In this document: positions 7,770-16,778 of the stretch, piece after piece
How positions within the stretch are numbered: position 1 is the first letter of the stretch
Layout: each line of letters starts with the position of its first letter
NCBI GenBank assembly: GCA_030649345.1
Contig: JAUSKK010000022.1
Location: 1-32,000 of the forward strand
DNA: 32,000 nucleotides
DNA from: Candidatus Iainarchaeum sp.
GTDB lineage: Archaea > Iainarchaeota > Iainarchaeia > Iainarchaeales > 0-14-0-20-34-12
Reading direction: 5' to 3'
Translations under genes and position numbers: made by a program
The notes under the pieces: model-generated
What the model was told of the DNA's origin: nothing
Database searches by the model: none
What the model saw: only the letters and a program-made list of their open reading frames with translations

Positions 7770-8948
7770 TTAGTTTTTTTTCATAAAATTTTCAATTCGA
7801 TCCAAGGCTTGGTTTAGTTTTTCAACAGGCGGCAAGAAAACAATTCTGAAAAACATTCGATCATGCAAAGTACTGGTAAAACCAGTGCCTGGAACTACGA
7901 CAACACCTTCATGTAAAAGAGCTCGAACAAAAGCCCAGTCGGATTTCCATTTATTTTTAAACGGAGCTTCGACTTCCACAAAAGCATAAAAAGCTCCTTT
8001 GGGTTTCACCATTTTCAATCCAGGAATTGCTTTGATTCTTTGATCTAAAACATCACAACGTTTTTTGAGTTCAGAATTAAATTGAGTTACATGATCAGTA
8101 TTTCCTTGAATAGCCGCAATATAGGCTCTCTGCATTTCCCAGTTTACACTCAAGCGTTGATTGCATAATCTTTGAACTGCGTCTTTAATTTTATCCCAGC
8201 CTTCACCGCGGAAAGCAATATACCCAACTCTAGCTCCAGGATAAATATAATTTTTCGACAAAGAATTACCATTCACAATAGGAACCTCTTTGCATAAGTC
8301 ACGCAAATTAGAACTAGAGCCATCAAAAACCAATAATTCGTATGCGTCATCGGAAATAATGGGCAGTTTAAATTCTCCAGCCAAATTTACAATATCCTGC
8401 AAAGTTTTTTTAGAATAAACAGCACCGGTTGGATTGTTGGGAGAAACAACCAAAATTGCTTTAGTGTATTTGTTAATTTTTTTACGCATGTCTTCAACAT
8501 CGGGTTCCCAATTTTCGTCGGATTCATAAAATACTTCGCTTCCAAAACTCATGCGCTGTTTGGTCAAATACAAAGGATAGGTTGGAGACGGCAAAATAAT
8601 ATTACGGCCTGGATCTACCATGGCTTGAAATAAAAAATCAATTCCTTCACTCAAACCACTACAAACAAATACGTCATCCGATTGAACTTTTTCATAATCT
8701 GCAATAACTTGCTTGAGTTCAGGGTCTCCATCACTGGGCGCATAACCAGAATAATTTGCATGCAATGCTTTTTCAGCTGCATCTAAAATATGCTGCGGCG
8801 GCCTAAAACCATACGGCCCAGGATCTCCAATGTTTAAGTAAATCATGTCCTTGCCTTGTTTTTGCAAAACTTTGGCTTCTTGAACAATATCCCGAATAGG
8901 ATAACTAATCAATTCACTTTTTTTCGAAGCTTCCATCATATAAATCAC
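7770..8948 (-). CDS. class I/II PLP-dependent aminotransferase (Ala/Asp aminotransferase-like)
   Basis: The 392-aa protein has LNIGDPGPYGF and NPTGAVY, and SLSKNY carries the PLP lysine. Confidence 0.9.
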   Translation of the reverse strand: MIYMMEASKKSELISYPIRDIVQEAKVLQKQGKDMIYLNIGDPGPYGFRPPQHILDAAEKALHANYSGYAPSDGDPELKQVIADYEKVQSDDVFVCSGLSEGIDFLFQAMVDPGRNIILPSPTYPLYLTKQRMSFGSEVFYESDENWEPDVEDMRKKINKYTKAILVVSPNNPTGAVYSKKTLQDIVNLAGEFKLPIISDDAYELLVFDGSSSNLRDLCKEVPIVNGNSLSKNYIYPGARVGYIAFRGEGWDKIKDAVQRLCNQRLSVNWEMQRAYIAAIQGNTDHVTQFNSELKKRCDVLDQRIKAIPGLKMVKPKGAFYAFVEVEAPFKNKWKSDWAFVRALLHEGVVVVPGTGFTSTLHDRMFFRIVFLPPVEKLNQALDRIENFMKKN

Positions 8949-9070
8949 AATTCAATTACACGTATTTGAAATTTCCATCACATAATTTTGAAATAATATA
9001 GTATTAATTGAAATGAATCTATTTAAATGATTGCCAATAAGAAGTATTTAAAATATTCTTATTTTTAGGA

Positions 9071-9871
9071 TTGTTTGTGTTGGATTCATTATTTTTAGCA
9101 AAATTAGTACTTTCTTTTTTTGCCGGCGGAATTATTATTTCCGGAAGCATTTGGTTAGGCGAAAAACTAGGACCCAAATGGGCCGGACTATTAATTGGAT
9201 TGCCAACCACCAGCGCAGTTGGATTATTTTTTATTGGATTCACGGAAGGACCTAAAATCGCAAGCCAAGCAGCTCAAATTTCACCCTACGTATCTGCTAT
9301 TTGTTTTTTTTATTTACTTGGATTTATTGCACTTTACCAAAAATGGAAAAAATTAATTTCATCCATAGCAATAGCTTTAGGTTTTTGGTTTTTAGCAGCT
9401 GCAAGTTTAGTATACTTGAACGCCAACCAAATATGGATTGGTGCAGGAATATGTTTCACCACAATACTCATAGTAATTTGGATTATGAGAAAAGTACCTA
9501 ACAAAATTGCAATTGAAAAAGCCAGTAAAACTGAAATAGTATATCGAATGGTTTTTGCTGGAACTATTATTGCATTGGCAGTAATTCTTGCACGATATAC
9601 CGGTCCATTATGGGGCGGGGTATTTGGAACTTTTCCAGCAGCATATACGTCTACAATGTATTTGGTTACCAAAAAACATGGAATTGAATTTACACAATCT
9701 ATTGTTAAAAATATTCCATTGGGCGCTGCAGGATTATTGGCGTATGTACTCATGGTTCATTACATGTACCCAATTTACGGAATTTGGATTGGAACCATTT
9801 TAGCTTATGGAATAACTCTTTTGTTGGTTGGAATATTAAGCCAAATTATGAAAACCAAATGGTTTACATAA
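9071..9871 (+). CDS. integral membrane protein, tandem DUF3147-like repeats
   Basis: The 266-aa protein has about 8 hydrophobic segments. The N-terminal half (AGGIIISGSIWLGEKLGPKWAGLLIGLPTTS) and the C-terminal half (AGTIIALAVILARYTGPLWGGVFGTFPAAY) repeat the same pattern. The start is a TTG. Confidence 0.7.
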   Translation: MFVLDSLFLAKLVLSFFAGGIIISGSIWLGEKLGPKWAGLLIGLPTTSAVGLFFIGFTEGPKIASQAAQISPYVSAICFFYLLGFIALYQKWKKLISSIAIALGFWFLAAASLVYLNANQIWIGAGICFTTILIVIWIMRKVPNKIAIEKASKTEIVYRMVFAGTIIALAVILARYTGPLWGGVFGTFPAAYTSTMYLVTKKHGIEFTQSIVKNIPLGAAGLLAYVLMVHYMYPIYGIWIGTILAYGITLLLVGILSQIMKTKWFT

Positions 9872-9942
9872 AATAAATAGAATAAATAGTTTCAGTAGTC
9901 TATTTGCCGATTTGATAAATTAAACAAAAAATACAATAATAT

Positions 9943-10062
9943 ATGGCCAATCCTTTCATCGCATACGTTTTATACTTTCTATTTTTTGCGGCAGGAATTG
10001 CGTTAGGAAGAATTACTATGGCCATACAATATGCGTTTGGAAAAGAAGCACTGAAAAAATAA
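9943..10062 (+). CDS. possible 39-aa small membrane protein
   Basis: The ATG-started ORF encodes MANPFIAYVLYFLFFAAGIALGRITMAIQYAFGKEALKK, with one clear TM helix and a basic tail. Its stop abuts the convergent PhoU-like stop. It is below the track cutoff and I see no clear RBS. Confidence 0.25.
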   Translation: MANPFIAYVLYFLFFAAGIALGRITMAIQYAFGKEALKK

Positions 10063-10953
10063 CTAGTCCGCTTCCAGTTTATTGGTAATAGCCCAATCAA
10101 TTAAAACTTCAGAGACATTCATTAAACAATCGCGAATTCTTTTTTTATAATACGCAGAAACATTGGTAACTTCAATTTCTTTTAAAGAATTCACTTGATT
10201 GATAAACGCAATAGCCTCTTCTTCTCCAATACCGTGAACTGTGGTTAATTTTTCAATCACTTGATTTAAACTATCCACCACTAAAACCAAAGATTTCAAA
10301 AAAGCAGTTTCCGTTTTCTTCAATTGAATTAAGTTGTCTACCAAATTTTCTAAATTATACGCAATTAAAGAAATGTAATGCAAATCAATGGCTTTCACTT
10401 TCAGAATACGATTCGAAGCCAAAGAAGAAATCACCACTTTTTCCAATAAAACTTTTCCTTTATCAATTTCTTCTTCGTATTTTTCAATTAAACTTTCATC
10501 GTAGTCTGAAACCATTACATGAACCAAACTCTTAATCCTGCGAGACAAAGTTTTCAACAAAGATTCAGGATCAGAAACAGATAAGCCGGATTCACAAAAA
10601 ATAGTTTTATTATCCAATTCCACAAACTCTACAGCAAATACTCTTTTTTGCAATAATAATTTATTCAAATCAATATCGGTATCCAATTTAATTTTGAACG
10701 AATTTGCAGGATTAATATAACAAGCCACAATTAGTTTGGCAATCGTATCCAGATTGTCTTCTTTTACATGCAAAACTAAGTCTTTGTTTAAATGTTCTTT
10801 AATGTCCGGAAAAATAGATAATTCTCCGCGCGAACCTTCTTCTAAAGAAACATTGGAAACAGAAGTAATCTTGTGCTTTTTGCACCAATGGGTTGGCAAA
10901 TACACATAATGCATATTGCCAGTCTTTTGAACTTTACGCACGTCCATATACAA
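10063..10953 (-). CDS. archaeal-type phosphate uptake regulator: AbrB/SpoVT N-terminal domain fused to a PhoU-like helical domain
   Basis: The N-terminus VRKVQKTGNMHYVYLPTHWCKKHKI is AbrB-like. It is followed by about 200 aa of helical repeats typical of PhoU. Confidence 0.8.
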   Translation of the reverse strand: MYMDVRKVQKTGNMHYVYLPTHWCKKHKITSVSNVSLEEGSRGELSIFPDIKEHLNKDLVLHVKEDNLDTIAKLIVACYINPANSFKIKLDTDIDLNKLLLQKRVFAVEFVELDNKTIFCESGLSVSDPESLLKTLSRRIKSLVHVMVSDYDESLIEKYEEEIDKGKVLLEKVVISSLASNRILKVKAIDLHYISLIAYNLENLVDNLIQLKKTETAFLKSLVLVVDSLNQVIEKLTTVHGIGEEEAIAFINQVNSLKEIEVTNVSAYYKKRIRDCLMNVSEVLIDWAITNKLEAD

Positions 10954-10984
10954 TAGTATAGGGTACTATTTATAAGTAAATAGT

Positions 10985-11785
10985 TTACTGGTTTTTTATA
11001 GATTTTAGGGTTTCCGGCAATTGTTCCATGACTTGAACTGCAGTATAATTCAAGCCTTTTTTCTGAGCTAAATGATCGGCAGTTTTGCCTAGCAAAAAAC
11101 AGGCAGAACAACAAGAAAGCAGTAATTCATTTTTGGAAGCAAAAGCTGTGATTAAACCTGCTAAAATATCTCCTGTGCCGCCTGTGGTTAAGCCGGCATT
11201 TCCTTGCTGATCTAAAAAAGTTTTTGAACCATTGGTAATAGTTTCAATGGATTGTTTGAGAACTATTGTGCACTGAAATTTTTTGGCACAAAAAATTGCA
11301 TTTTTGGAAGTTGGGTTGAGTTTAAACAAGAATTGAAATTCTTGCGCATGCGGAGTAAGAATGCAATTCACGTGCAAGAGTTTTGGATTCAGTAAACGCA
11401 AAGCAGTTGCGTCTAAAATGGTTTTTTTATTGGAAAAAGTTTTCAAAAATCCGTTAATTAAAGATTTGTTTTTTGAATTTAACGAAAGGCCTGGGCCCAG
11501 CAAAACAGAATCTGCTTTTTCGGCAAATTTTTCTAAATTCTTTTTCGTTAATTCAGAAACAATGAATTCTGGAGAAGAATTTTTTGCAAATGGGATGTTG
11601 GATTTTTCTGTCAGAACATAAACCAAGTCAACAAAATAACTGGAAGTCAAAGCAGAAAAAATACTGGCGCCATGATATTGTTGAGAACCAGCAACAATCA
11701 AGACTCTGCCGTTTTCTCCTTTATGGGATTTTGAAGAACGAACCTGCAAAGATTTGAGTTGGACTAAAGAGGTGTAAGCAACCAT
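10985..11785 (-). CDS. nnrD: ADP/ATP-dependent NAD(P)H-hydrate dehydratase (YjeF C-terminal / carbohydrate kinase family)
   Basis: Motifs are HKGENGRVLIVAGSQQYHGA and GGTGDILAGLI. Confidence 0.85.
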   Translation of the reverse strand: MVAYTSLVQLKSLQVRSSKSHKGENGRVLIVAGSQQYHGASIFSALTSSYFVDLVYVLTEKSNIPFAKNSSPEFIVSELTKKNLEKFAEKADSVLLGPGLSLNSKNKSLINGFLKTFSNKKTILDATALRLLNPKLLHVNCILTPHAQEFQFLFKLNPTSKNAIFCAKKFQCTIVLKQSIETITNGSKTFLDQQGNAGLTTGGTGDILAGLITAFASKNELLLSCCSACFLLGKTADHLAQKKGLNYTAVQVMEQLPETLKSIKNQ

Positions 11786-11874
11786 AACATCAGGATACTT
11801 TGAAGAAAATGCCTTTTTAAATTGTTTTGTTAAAAAAACTATTACTTGTTTTTAAGATAAATGTGGGTTTTTGG

Positions 11875-11945
11875 CAGTGTGTTGAATGAATAAAAAGCTT
11901 ATGATTGATTTATATTTGTTGGATTATAAAGTATTCAACACACTG
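11875..11945. promoter_or_regulatory. perfect 13-nt inverted repeat flanking the putative TATA box of hppA
   Basis: CAGTGTGTTGAAT (11875-11887) and ATTCAACACACTG (11933-11945) are exact reverse complements. TTTATATT lies at 11909-11916, near the symmetry centre. GGAGGG (11945-11950) and the ATG at 11958 follow. Confidence 0.5.
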
Positions 11946-11957
11946 GAGGGTTATTGA

Positions 11958-14027
11958 ATGGTTCAAGCTGAAGTTTTACTAGGTTTAGTTTCAGGAATTG
12001 CGGCAGTAATTTATTCAATTTATTTGGCTTTTTCAATTACAAAATTGCCTTCCGGCAACAAGAAAATGCAGGAAATTAGCCAAGCCATTCGAACTGGAGC
12101 CATGGCTTATTTGAAACGCCAATACAAAACAGTGGGAACATTTGCCATAATTTTATTTTTAGTATTTTTAGGCTTAGGATATTTTGTAAGTTCCAGCTGG
12201 TATTTTACTGGAATTAGTTTTGCAGTAGGAGCTATCCTAACAGCTTTGGCTGGATTTATTGGAATGCATATTACAACTCTAGCCAATGTAAGAACCACAG
12301 AAGCAGCTAAAAATGGATTAAGCAAAGCCATGAATGTAGCATTCAAAGCAGGAAGTGTAATGGGCTTTGCAGTCGTAGGCTTAGGATTGTTGGGAGTTAC
12401 TGGAATGTTTTATTTTTATTCCATAATTTTATTACCCAATGAAATACTACAGGCAATTATTGGAATGGGATTTGGAGCATCGCTTGTAGCTTTGTTTGCC
12501 AGAGTCGGCGGAGGAATTTTCACCAAAGGAGCTGATGTGGGAGCAGATTTAGTTGGAAAAATAGAAAAAGGAATTCCAGAAGATGACCCCAGAAATCCTG
12601 CAGTCATTGCAGACAATGTCGGAGACAATGTAGGAGATTGTGCAGGAATGGGTTCCGATTTATTTGAAAGTTATATTGTAACCATTATTGCCACCATGTT
12701 ATTAGGCCAAGTAATCATTGGAAACGCAGGAGTACTTTTTCCAATTGCCATTGCAAGTATTGCAATCATGGCAACCATTGTTGGATCATTCTTTGTAAAA
12801 TTAGGAAAAAGCCATAATGTAATGGGCGCTTTAAATAAAGGAATTATGGTGAGCGCAGTTTTAGCTGCAGTCATTTTTTATTTTGCAAGCCAAAGAATTC
12901 CTTTACGAGATGGAATTAATCCATTCGGAGTATTTATTTCCAGCATAACAGGATTAATGGTTGCTTTGTTGATTGTTTGGATTTCAGATTATTACACTAG
13001 CACCAAACACAAACCAGTTAAAGAAATTGCAGACTCAAGCCAAACTGGAGCTGGAACAAACGTAATTTCTGGATTGGCTGTAGGATTTGAAAGCACAGCA
13101 TTGCCTGCAATTGTAATTGCAGTAGGAATATTAATTGCATTTTATAGTGCAGGAATTTTTGGAATTGCTGTAGCCAGTTTAGCCATGGTATCCATTACAG
13201 GAATTATGGTGGCTATTGATACTTTTGGACCAGTCACAGACAATGCCGGCGGAATTGCTGAAATGGCTGGATTGGATAAAAGTGTACGAAAAGTCACAGA
13301 CGAATTGGATGCAGTTGGAAATACAACTAAAGCAACAACGAAAGGATTTGCAATAGGAAGTGCAGGATTGGCTGCACTTGCATTGTTGTTGGCTTTTGCA
13401 CAAGAAAGCAGACTGCCTATGGACTTGAATGGAATTCCAATTGTAAACATTATGGATGTACGAGTATTGGTTGGATTATTGTTGGGAGCCATGCTGCCTT
13501 TTTTGTTTAGTTCTTTTTGCATGAAAGCAGTTGGAGTGACTGCCAAACAAATTGTACACGAAGTACGCAGACAATTTAGAGAAATTAAAGGACTCATGGA
13601 AGGAACAGGAAAACCAGATTATGCAAAATGTGTAGATATTAGCACACAAACAGCATTGAAAGAATTAATGAAACCAGGATTGCTTACAGTTGGAAGTGCT
13701 TTAATTATAGGATTTACTTTCGGTCCTTTAGGTTTAGCTGGATTGTTAGTTGGAAGTTTAATCACAGGATTAATGTTAGCCATCTATATGAGTATTGCTG
13801 GAGGAGCCTGGGACAATGCCAAAAAATACATTGAACAAGGACACTTTGGAGGCAAAGGAAGTGAAGTACACAAAGCAGCAGTGGTTGGAGACACAGTTGG
13901 GGATCCATTCAAAGATACAGCAGGACCTAGCTTGAATTCCTTGATTAAAGTATTGAATACTTTAGCTATTGTAATTGCGCCTTTAATTATTCAATACAAT
14001 TTGGTAACATGGCTGCATTTAGTGTAA
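11958..14027 (+). CDS. hppA: membrane-bound proton-translocating pyrophosphatase, K+-independent type
   Basis: The 689-aa polytopic protein has [39 protein letters not shown] and [16 protein letters not shown]. Its GNTTKA motif has Lys, not Ala, at nt 13329-13331. Confidence 0.95.
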   Translation: MVQAEVLLGLVSGIAAVIYSIYLAFSITKLPSGNKKMQEISQAIRTGAMAYLKRQYKTVGTFAIILFLVFLGLGYFVSSSWYFTGISFAVGAILTALAGFIGMHITTLANVRTTEAAKNGLSKAMNVAFKAGSVMGFAVVGLGLLGVTGMFYFYSIILLPNEILQAIIGMGFGASLVALFARVGGGIFTKGADVGADLVGKIEKGIPEDDPRNPAVIADNVGDNVGDCAGMGSDLFESYIVTIIATMLLGQVIIGNAGVLFPIAIASIAIMATIVGSFFVKLGKSHNVMGALNKGIMVSAVLAAVIFYFASQRIPLRDGINPFGVFISSITGLMVALLIVWISDYYTSTKHKPVKEIADSSQTGAGTNVISGLAVGFESTALPAIVIAVGILIAFYSAGIFGIAVASLAMVSITGIMVAIDTFGPVTDNAGGIAEMAGLDKSVRKVTDELDAVGNTTKATTKGFAIGSAGLAALALLLAFAQESRLPMDLNGIPIVNIMDVRVLVGLLLGAMLPFLFSSFCMKAVGVTAKQIVHEVRRQFREIKGLMEGTGKPDYAKCVDISTQTALKELMKPGLLTVGSALIIGFTFGPLGLAGLLVGSLITGLMLAIYMSIAGGAWDNAKKYIEQGHFGGKGSEVHKAAVVGDTVGDPFKDTAGPSLNSLIKVLNTLAIVIAPLIIQYNLVTWLHLV

Positions 14028-14041
14028 TTAACAAAATGCAG

Positions 14042-14077
14042 TTTTTATTTTTTTCTAATTTTTATTTTATTTTTATT
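14042..14077 (+). terminator. cluster of oligo-T tracts downstream of hppA (archaeal-style termination signal)
   Basis: The sequence is TTTTTATTTTTTTCTAATTTTTATTTTATTTTTATT, starting 15 nt after the stop. Confidence 0.35.
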
Positions 14078-14100
14078 GAAAACAAATTGATTTAAAAAAT

Positions 14101-14132
14101 AAAAAAAAGTACAGGACTTTTCAGCCCTGTAC
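14101..14132 (-). terminator. stem-loop followed by T8 on the minus strand, downstream of the DUF5667-like gene
   Basis: GTACAGG (14109-14115) pairs with CCTGTAC (14126-14132) around a 10-nt loop. On the minus strand, A8 at 14101-14108 reads as T8 immediately 3' of the stem. Confidence 0.55.
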
Positions 14133-14151
14133 TGTGTGGTTTGAATGGTTT

Positions 14152-15690
14152 TTAGCGTGGCAAAACTGTGCCTGCGCGATTTCTTAAATTTTCTGCGCGT
14201 TCATTCAATCGATCAGCCCTAGTTTCTGTGCGTTCATCTACTCGATCAATCACAGAGTCTAAACGATCTGCTGCAGTTTCTTGTCCTTCTTCTCGAAGAT
14301 TATCTGCACGAACAGTTAATCGGTCGGAAACTTTTTCTCCGCGATTTTCAATACGTTCAGCTTTTTCACTTACACGTTGAGCTCTACGTTCCAAAGTTTG
14401 AGCAACCAATGCACGAAGTTTTGGACTAAATTTATTTTGATCCAAATTTTCCAAACGAGTTTTAGCTCTTTGAACAACTTGGGTTAAAGCAGACTTAGCT
14501 TGAACTGGAACTTTTTCAAGAACTCGTTCCAATACACGAATATGGCGTTCACGAATTTCTTCTTTTAATTCTTTCTTTTTTTGAGTCAATTCCTGCAAAC
14601 AAGTTTCTTGTTCAAGTCCTTCCAATGAACTGCAGCGCTTGCGAATTGCATTCACTTCTAAAACAAAAGAATTAATTTTGTCAGCCAATTCACTGGCATC
14701 TGCTGAAACTTCTGCTTCAATTTCAACTTCTGCACTGGTTTCCGTTTCACTAGACGAAACATCAGAAACAGTTGTTTCGGTTTCAGAAATTAAAGATTCA
14801 ATTTCGCTTAATGTTTCTGAATCAGTTACTAAAGCAGAACGCAGTCTTTGCTTGGTTAAAACCAAAAATGCTTTGGCACGATTGGATCGAACTACAGAAC
14901 CTTGTTTTAATTTTGAAAAAAGTTCTTTTTTGTTTCGAACACCTTCCAATTCGGTTTCAATTTCGTCTACAGTTTTTCCAGTTTTAGCCTGTAAAACTTG
15001 CTTCAAGCGTTCGCGTTTGATTTCAAATTTTTCCTGCAAAGCTTGTTTGCGTGCTTCAAATTTGTTTTCTAAATCAGATAATTTAACTAAAACACGTTCA
15101 ATGGCAATAGCTCCTTTTCCGGAACGATTGGCTAATTTTTCTTTTACTCTCTGCAAAACCATTGCACGAATGCTTACATGTTCTGCTAAATCTGCTTCCA
15201 AAGAAAGAGTTTCAGTTACTTGAATAGATTCAGAATTTAAAGATTCTTCTACTGGGACTAAATCCACTGCAAGTTCAGCTTCAGATTCCATTGTTTCCGC
15301 TTCAGTTAAAGCTTCTTCTGCGCCAGCATCATTTCCTTCATCGGCTGCAGTTTTAGCTTCCAAAAAACGTTCTCTGGCAATCAGCAAAGCTTTTTTGGCT
15401 TTGGCATGCTTATTAAAAGTTAAAGCCAAAGATACTTTATCAAAAGCTTTATCCAAGCCATACAAAAAATGACCTGGGCCTATTCCTCCAGAACCAGAAA
15501 TAACTTCAGTTCCAGGCAAACTATCTAAATTTCCTTCTAATTTAGGCAAACTATCTAAGTCTAATTCTGTTTCAATACTTGCATTGGATTCAATACTTGT
15601 TTCTTGAACCAATACCCCTTCTTGAGCCAATCCAGTAAACGAAAAGGCTATCAAGAAAACCAATAAAATACTTGCATTTGCAAACTTCAT
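14152..15690 (-). CDS. secreted Glu/Arg-rich coiled-coil protein, DUF5667-like
   Basis: The signal peptide is MKFANASILLVFLIAFSFTGLA. GPGHFLYGLDKAFDKVSLALTF resembles the DUF5667 core. A long helical region ends in RADRL/ERxEN-type repeats. An internal LDSLP duplication is visible as a 15-nt repeat, AGGCAAACTATCTAA. Confidence 0.8.
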   Translation of the reverse strand: MKFANASILLVFLIAFSFTGLAQEGVLVQETSIESNASIETELDLDSLPKLEGNLDSLPGTEVISGSGGIGPGHFLYGLDKAFDKVSLALTFNKHAKAKKALLIARERFLEAKTAADEGNDAGAEEALTEAETMESEAELAVDLVPVEESLNSESIQVTETLSLEADLAEHVSIRAMVLQRVKEKLANRSGKGAIAIERVLVKLSDLENKFEARKQALQEKFEIKRERLKQVLQAKTGKTVDEIETELEGVRNKKELFSKLKQGSVVRSNRAKAFLVLTKQRLRSALVTDSETLSEIESLISETETTVSDVSSSETETSAEVEIEAEVSADASELADKINSFVLEVNAIRKRCSSLEGLEQETCLQELTQKKKELKEEIRERHIRVLERVLEKVPVQAKSALTQVVQRAKTRLENLDQNKFSPKLRALVAQTLERRAQRVSEKAERIENRGEKVSDRLTVRADNLREEGQETAADRLDSVIDRVDERTETRADRLNERAENLRNRAGTVLPR

Positions 15691-15738
15691 TCAATCACCT
15701 TGAACAAAACTGCGGTGAAATGGTTAATATAAACTTCT

Positions 15739-15776
15739 TGGAACAAGATGGAACAACAACCCCAGCAGGATGGAAC
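15739..15776. promoter_or_regulatory. three direct TGGAAC-core repeats upstream of the DUF5667-like gene promoter
   Basis: On the plus strand: TGGAACAA (15739-15746), ATGGAACAA (15748-15756) and ATGGAAC (15770-15776). On the minus strand they lie just upstream of TTTATATTA (15733-15725). GGTGATTGA then precedes the ATG at 15690. Confidence 0.35.
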
Positions 15777-15779
15777 GAG

Positions 15780-16718
15780 CTATTTTTTCACTTGTTCCAA
15801 TAACTTTACCAAATTAGTATTACCATAAGGCACTACTTCAATTAAGCCGCGGACTTGCAAATCTTTAAGAGTACGAGACAATTTGGCTTTGGAAAAATTA
15901 AGCTCTGCCTGCAATTGTTTTTGTTTAACCGTAAAATTGGGTGCATTTTTTAAAGCTTGAAGAATGGCTTTTTCTTTTTCCAATAAATGAGACTCAAACT
16001 CTAAATCAGTGTTTTGAACAGATAAATTGGGCTGAGATAAAAAAGAAGGCAGTTTAAATTTAGGTTTTTTGTGCTTAAAAAAATACCCTACCACCCCGGC
16101 AATAATAACCAAAGAAAAAATAATGAATAATAAAAAAGAAATAGAATCATTCTTGGATTTTAAGAAAACCAAAAAAACAATGGATTCATTTTTCTTTAAA
16201 TTAAAGCGGTGCCATTGCAATAAAATATTTTGGCCATCGCTGGTAATGGAGTCCGGTAAAGGAAATACCGGCTGATCGGAAGAAGAAATTGGATTCAATA
16301 AAGCTTGGCCTTCGGTTAACTTAATTTGAACATTTAAAATCTGCGCAGGAAGAGAAGCACGGAGTTCGGATAAAAAAAATGAACGATTGGAATACTGGAG
16401 CAATTCCTTTGTAGAATAGGCAATCGTCAAAGTACCTGAGTTAGGCAAAGATGGAATTTTTAATATTTTTTCTTTTTGAAAATTTACAACATCAAACGAA
16501 ACAGAAGCCATACCGGGAATGGTAACTTGAACATTTTTGGAATCCAAAGGCAAAACCAAATTCAAATCTGTTAAATTTTCATACACTAAAGCATAGCCAA
16601 CTTGAACTTCGTTTTCGTGAATGGTGTATTCTGCATTAAATTCAGAAAAAGAAGAATCTTGAGCCAAGACAAAAACTGGGAAAAGAAATACAAAAAATAC
16701 TATAATTGAAAATCGCAT
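15780..16718 (-). CDS. type I membrane protein: signal peptide, ~170-aa ectodomain, one TM, cytoplasmic C-terminal winged-helix (MarR-like) domain
   Basis: The signal peptide is MRFSIIVFFVFLFPVFVLA. The TM segment ISFLLFIIFSLVIIAGVVGYFF is followed by KHKKPK. The C-terminus EKEKAILQALKNAPNFTVKQKQLQAELNFSKAKLSRTLKDLQVRGLIEVVPYGNTNLVKL has a wHTH pattern. Confidence 0.8.
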   Translation of the reverse strand: MRFSIIVFFVFLFPVFVLAQDSSFSEFNAEYTIHENEVQVGYALVYENLTDLNLVLPLDSKNVQVTIPGMASVSFDVVNFQKEKILKIPSLPNSGTLTIAYSTKELLQYSNRSFFLSELRASLPAQILNVQIKLTEGQALLNPISSSDQPVFPLPDSITSDGQNILLQWHRFNLKKNESIVFLVFLKSKNDSISFLLFIIFSLVIIAGVVGYFFKHKKPKFKLPSFLSQPNLSVQNTDLEFESHLLEKEKAILQALKNAPNFTVKQKQLQAELNFSKAKLSRTLKDLQVRGLIEVVPYGNTNLVKLLEQVKK

Positions 16719-16778
16719 GTACTAATTTAAGGCATTGATTTATATAATTGTTCGGGCACAAGTTTCTGAAGTGAATTT

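Noticed and set aside
7756-7781. A9 ... T8 arrangement between the surface-protein and aminotransferase genes as a structured element
   Set aside because: The T-run is part of the aminotransferase coding sequence (KKN-stop on the minus strand), and the pairing is A/T only. It is most simply oligo-T/oligo-A termination signals for two convergent genes.
9334-9753. 139-aa minus-strand ORF, plus the plus-strand ORFs at 9301-9501 and 9588-9803
   Set aside because: They overlap the DUF3147-like membrane protein frame, which shows an internally repeated TM pattern. The alternatives look like composition-driven open frames.
9900-10100. 66-aa minus-strand ORF from the track
   Set aside because: Its start would lie inside the 3' end of the PhoU-like gene on the same strand in another frame. 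The plus-strand 39-aa ORF is a slightly better, though still weak, explanation of the spacer.
11875-11945. Invertible promoter (inverton) interpretation of the hppA inverted repeat
   Set aside because: The segment between the arms is only 45 nt, far shorter than known invertible promoters. No recombinase gene is nearby. An operator or leader hairpin is a simpler reading.
12107-13597. Several 67-151-aa minus-strand ORFs inside hppA
   Set aside because: They are antisense shadows of a highly conserved pyrophosphatase coding region, and nothing supports them independently.
14639-15223. 194-aa plus-strand ORF (with shorter ones at 14168-14380 and 14772-14987) inside the DUF5667-like gene
   Set aside because: It is a Ser/Phe-rich low-complexity mirror image of the Glu/Leu/Arg-rich coiled coil on the minus strand (GAA/TTC complementarity). 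It has no start context or motifs, whereas the minus-strand ORF has a signal peptide, an RBS and a terminator.
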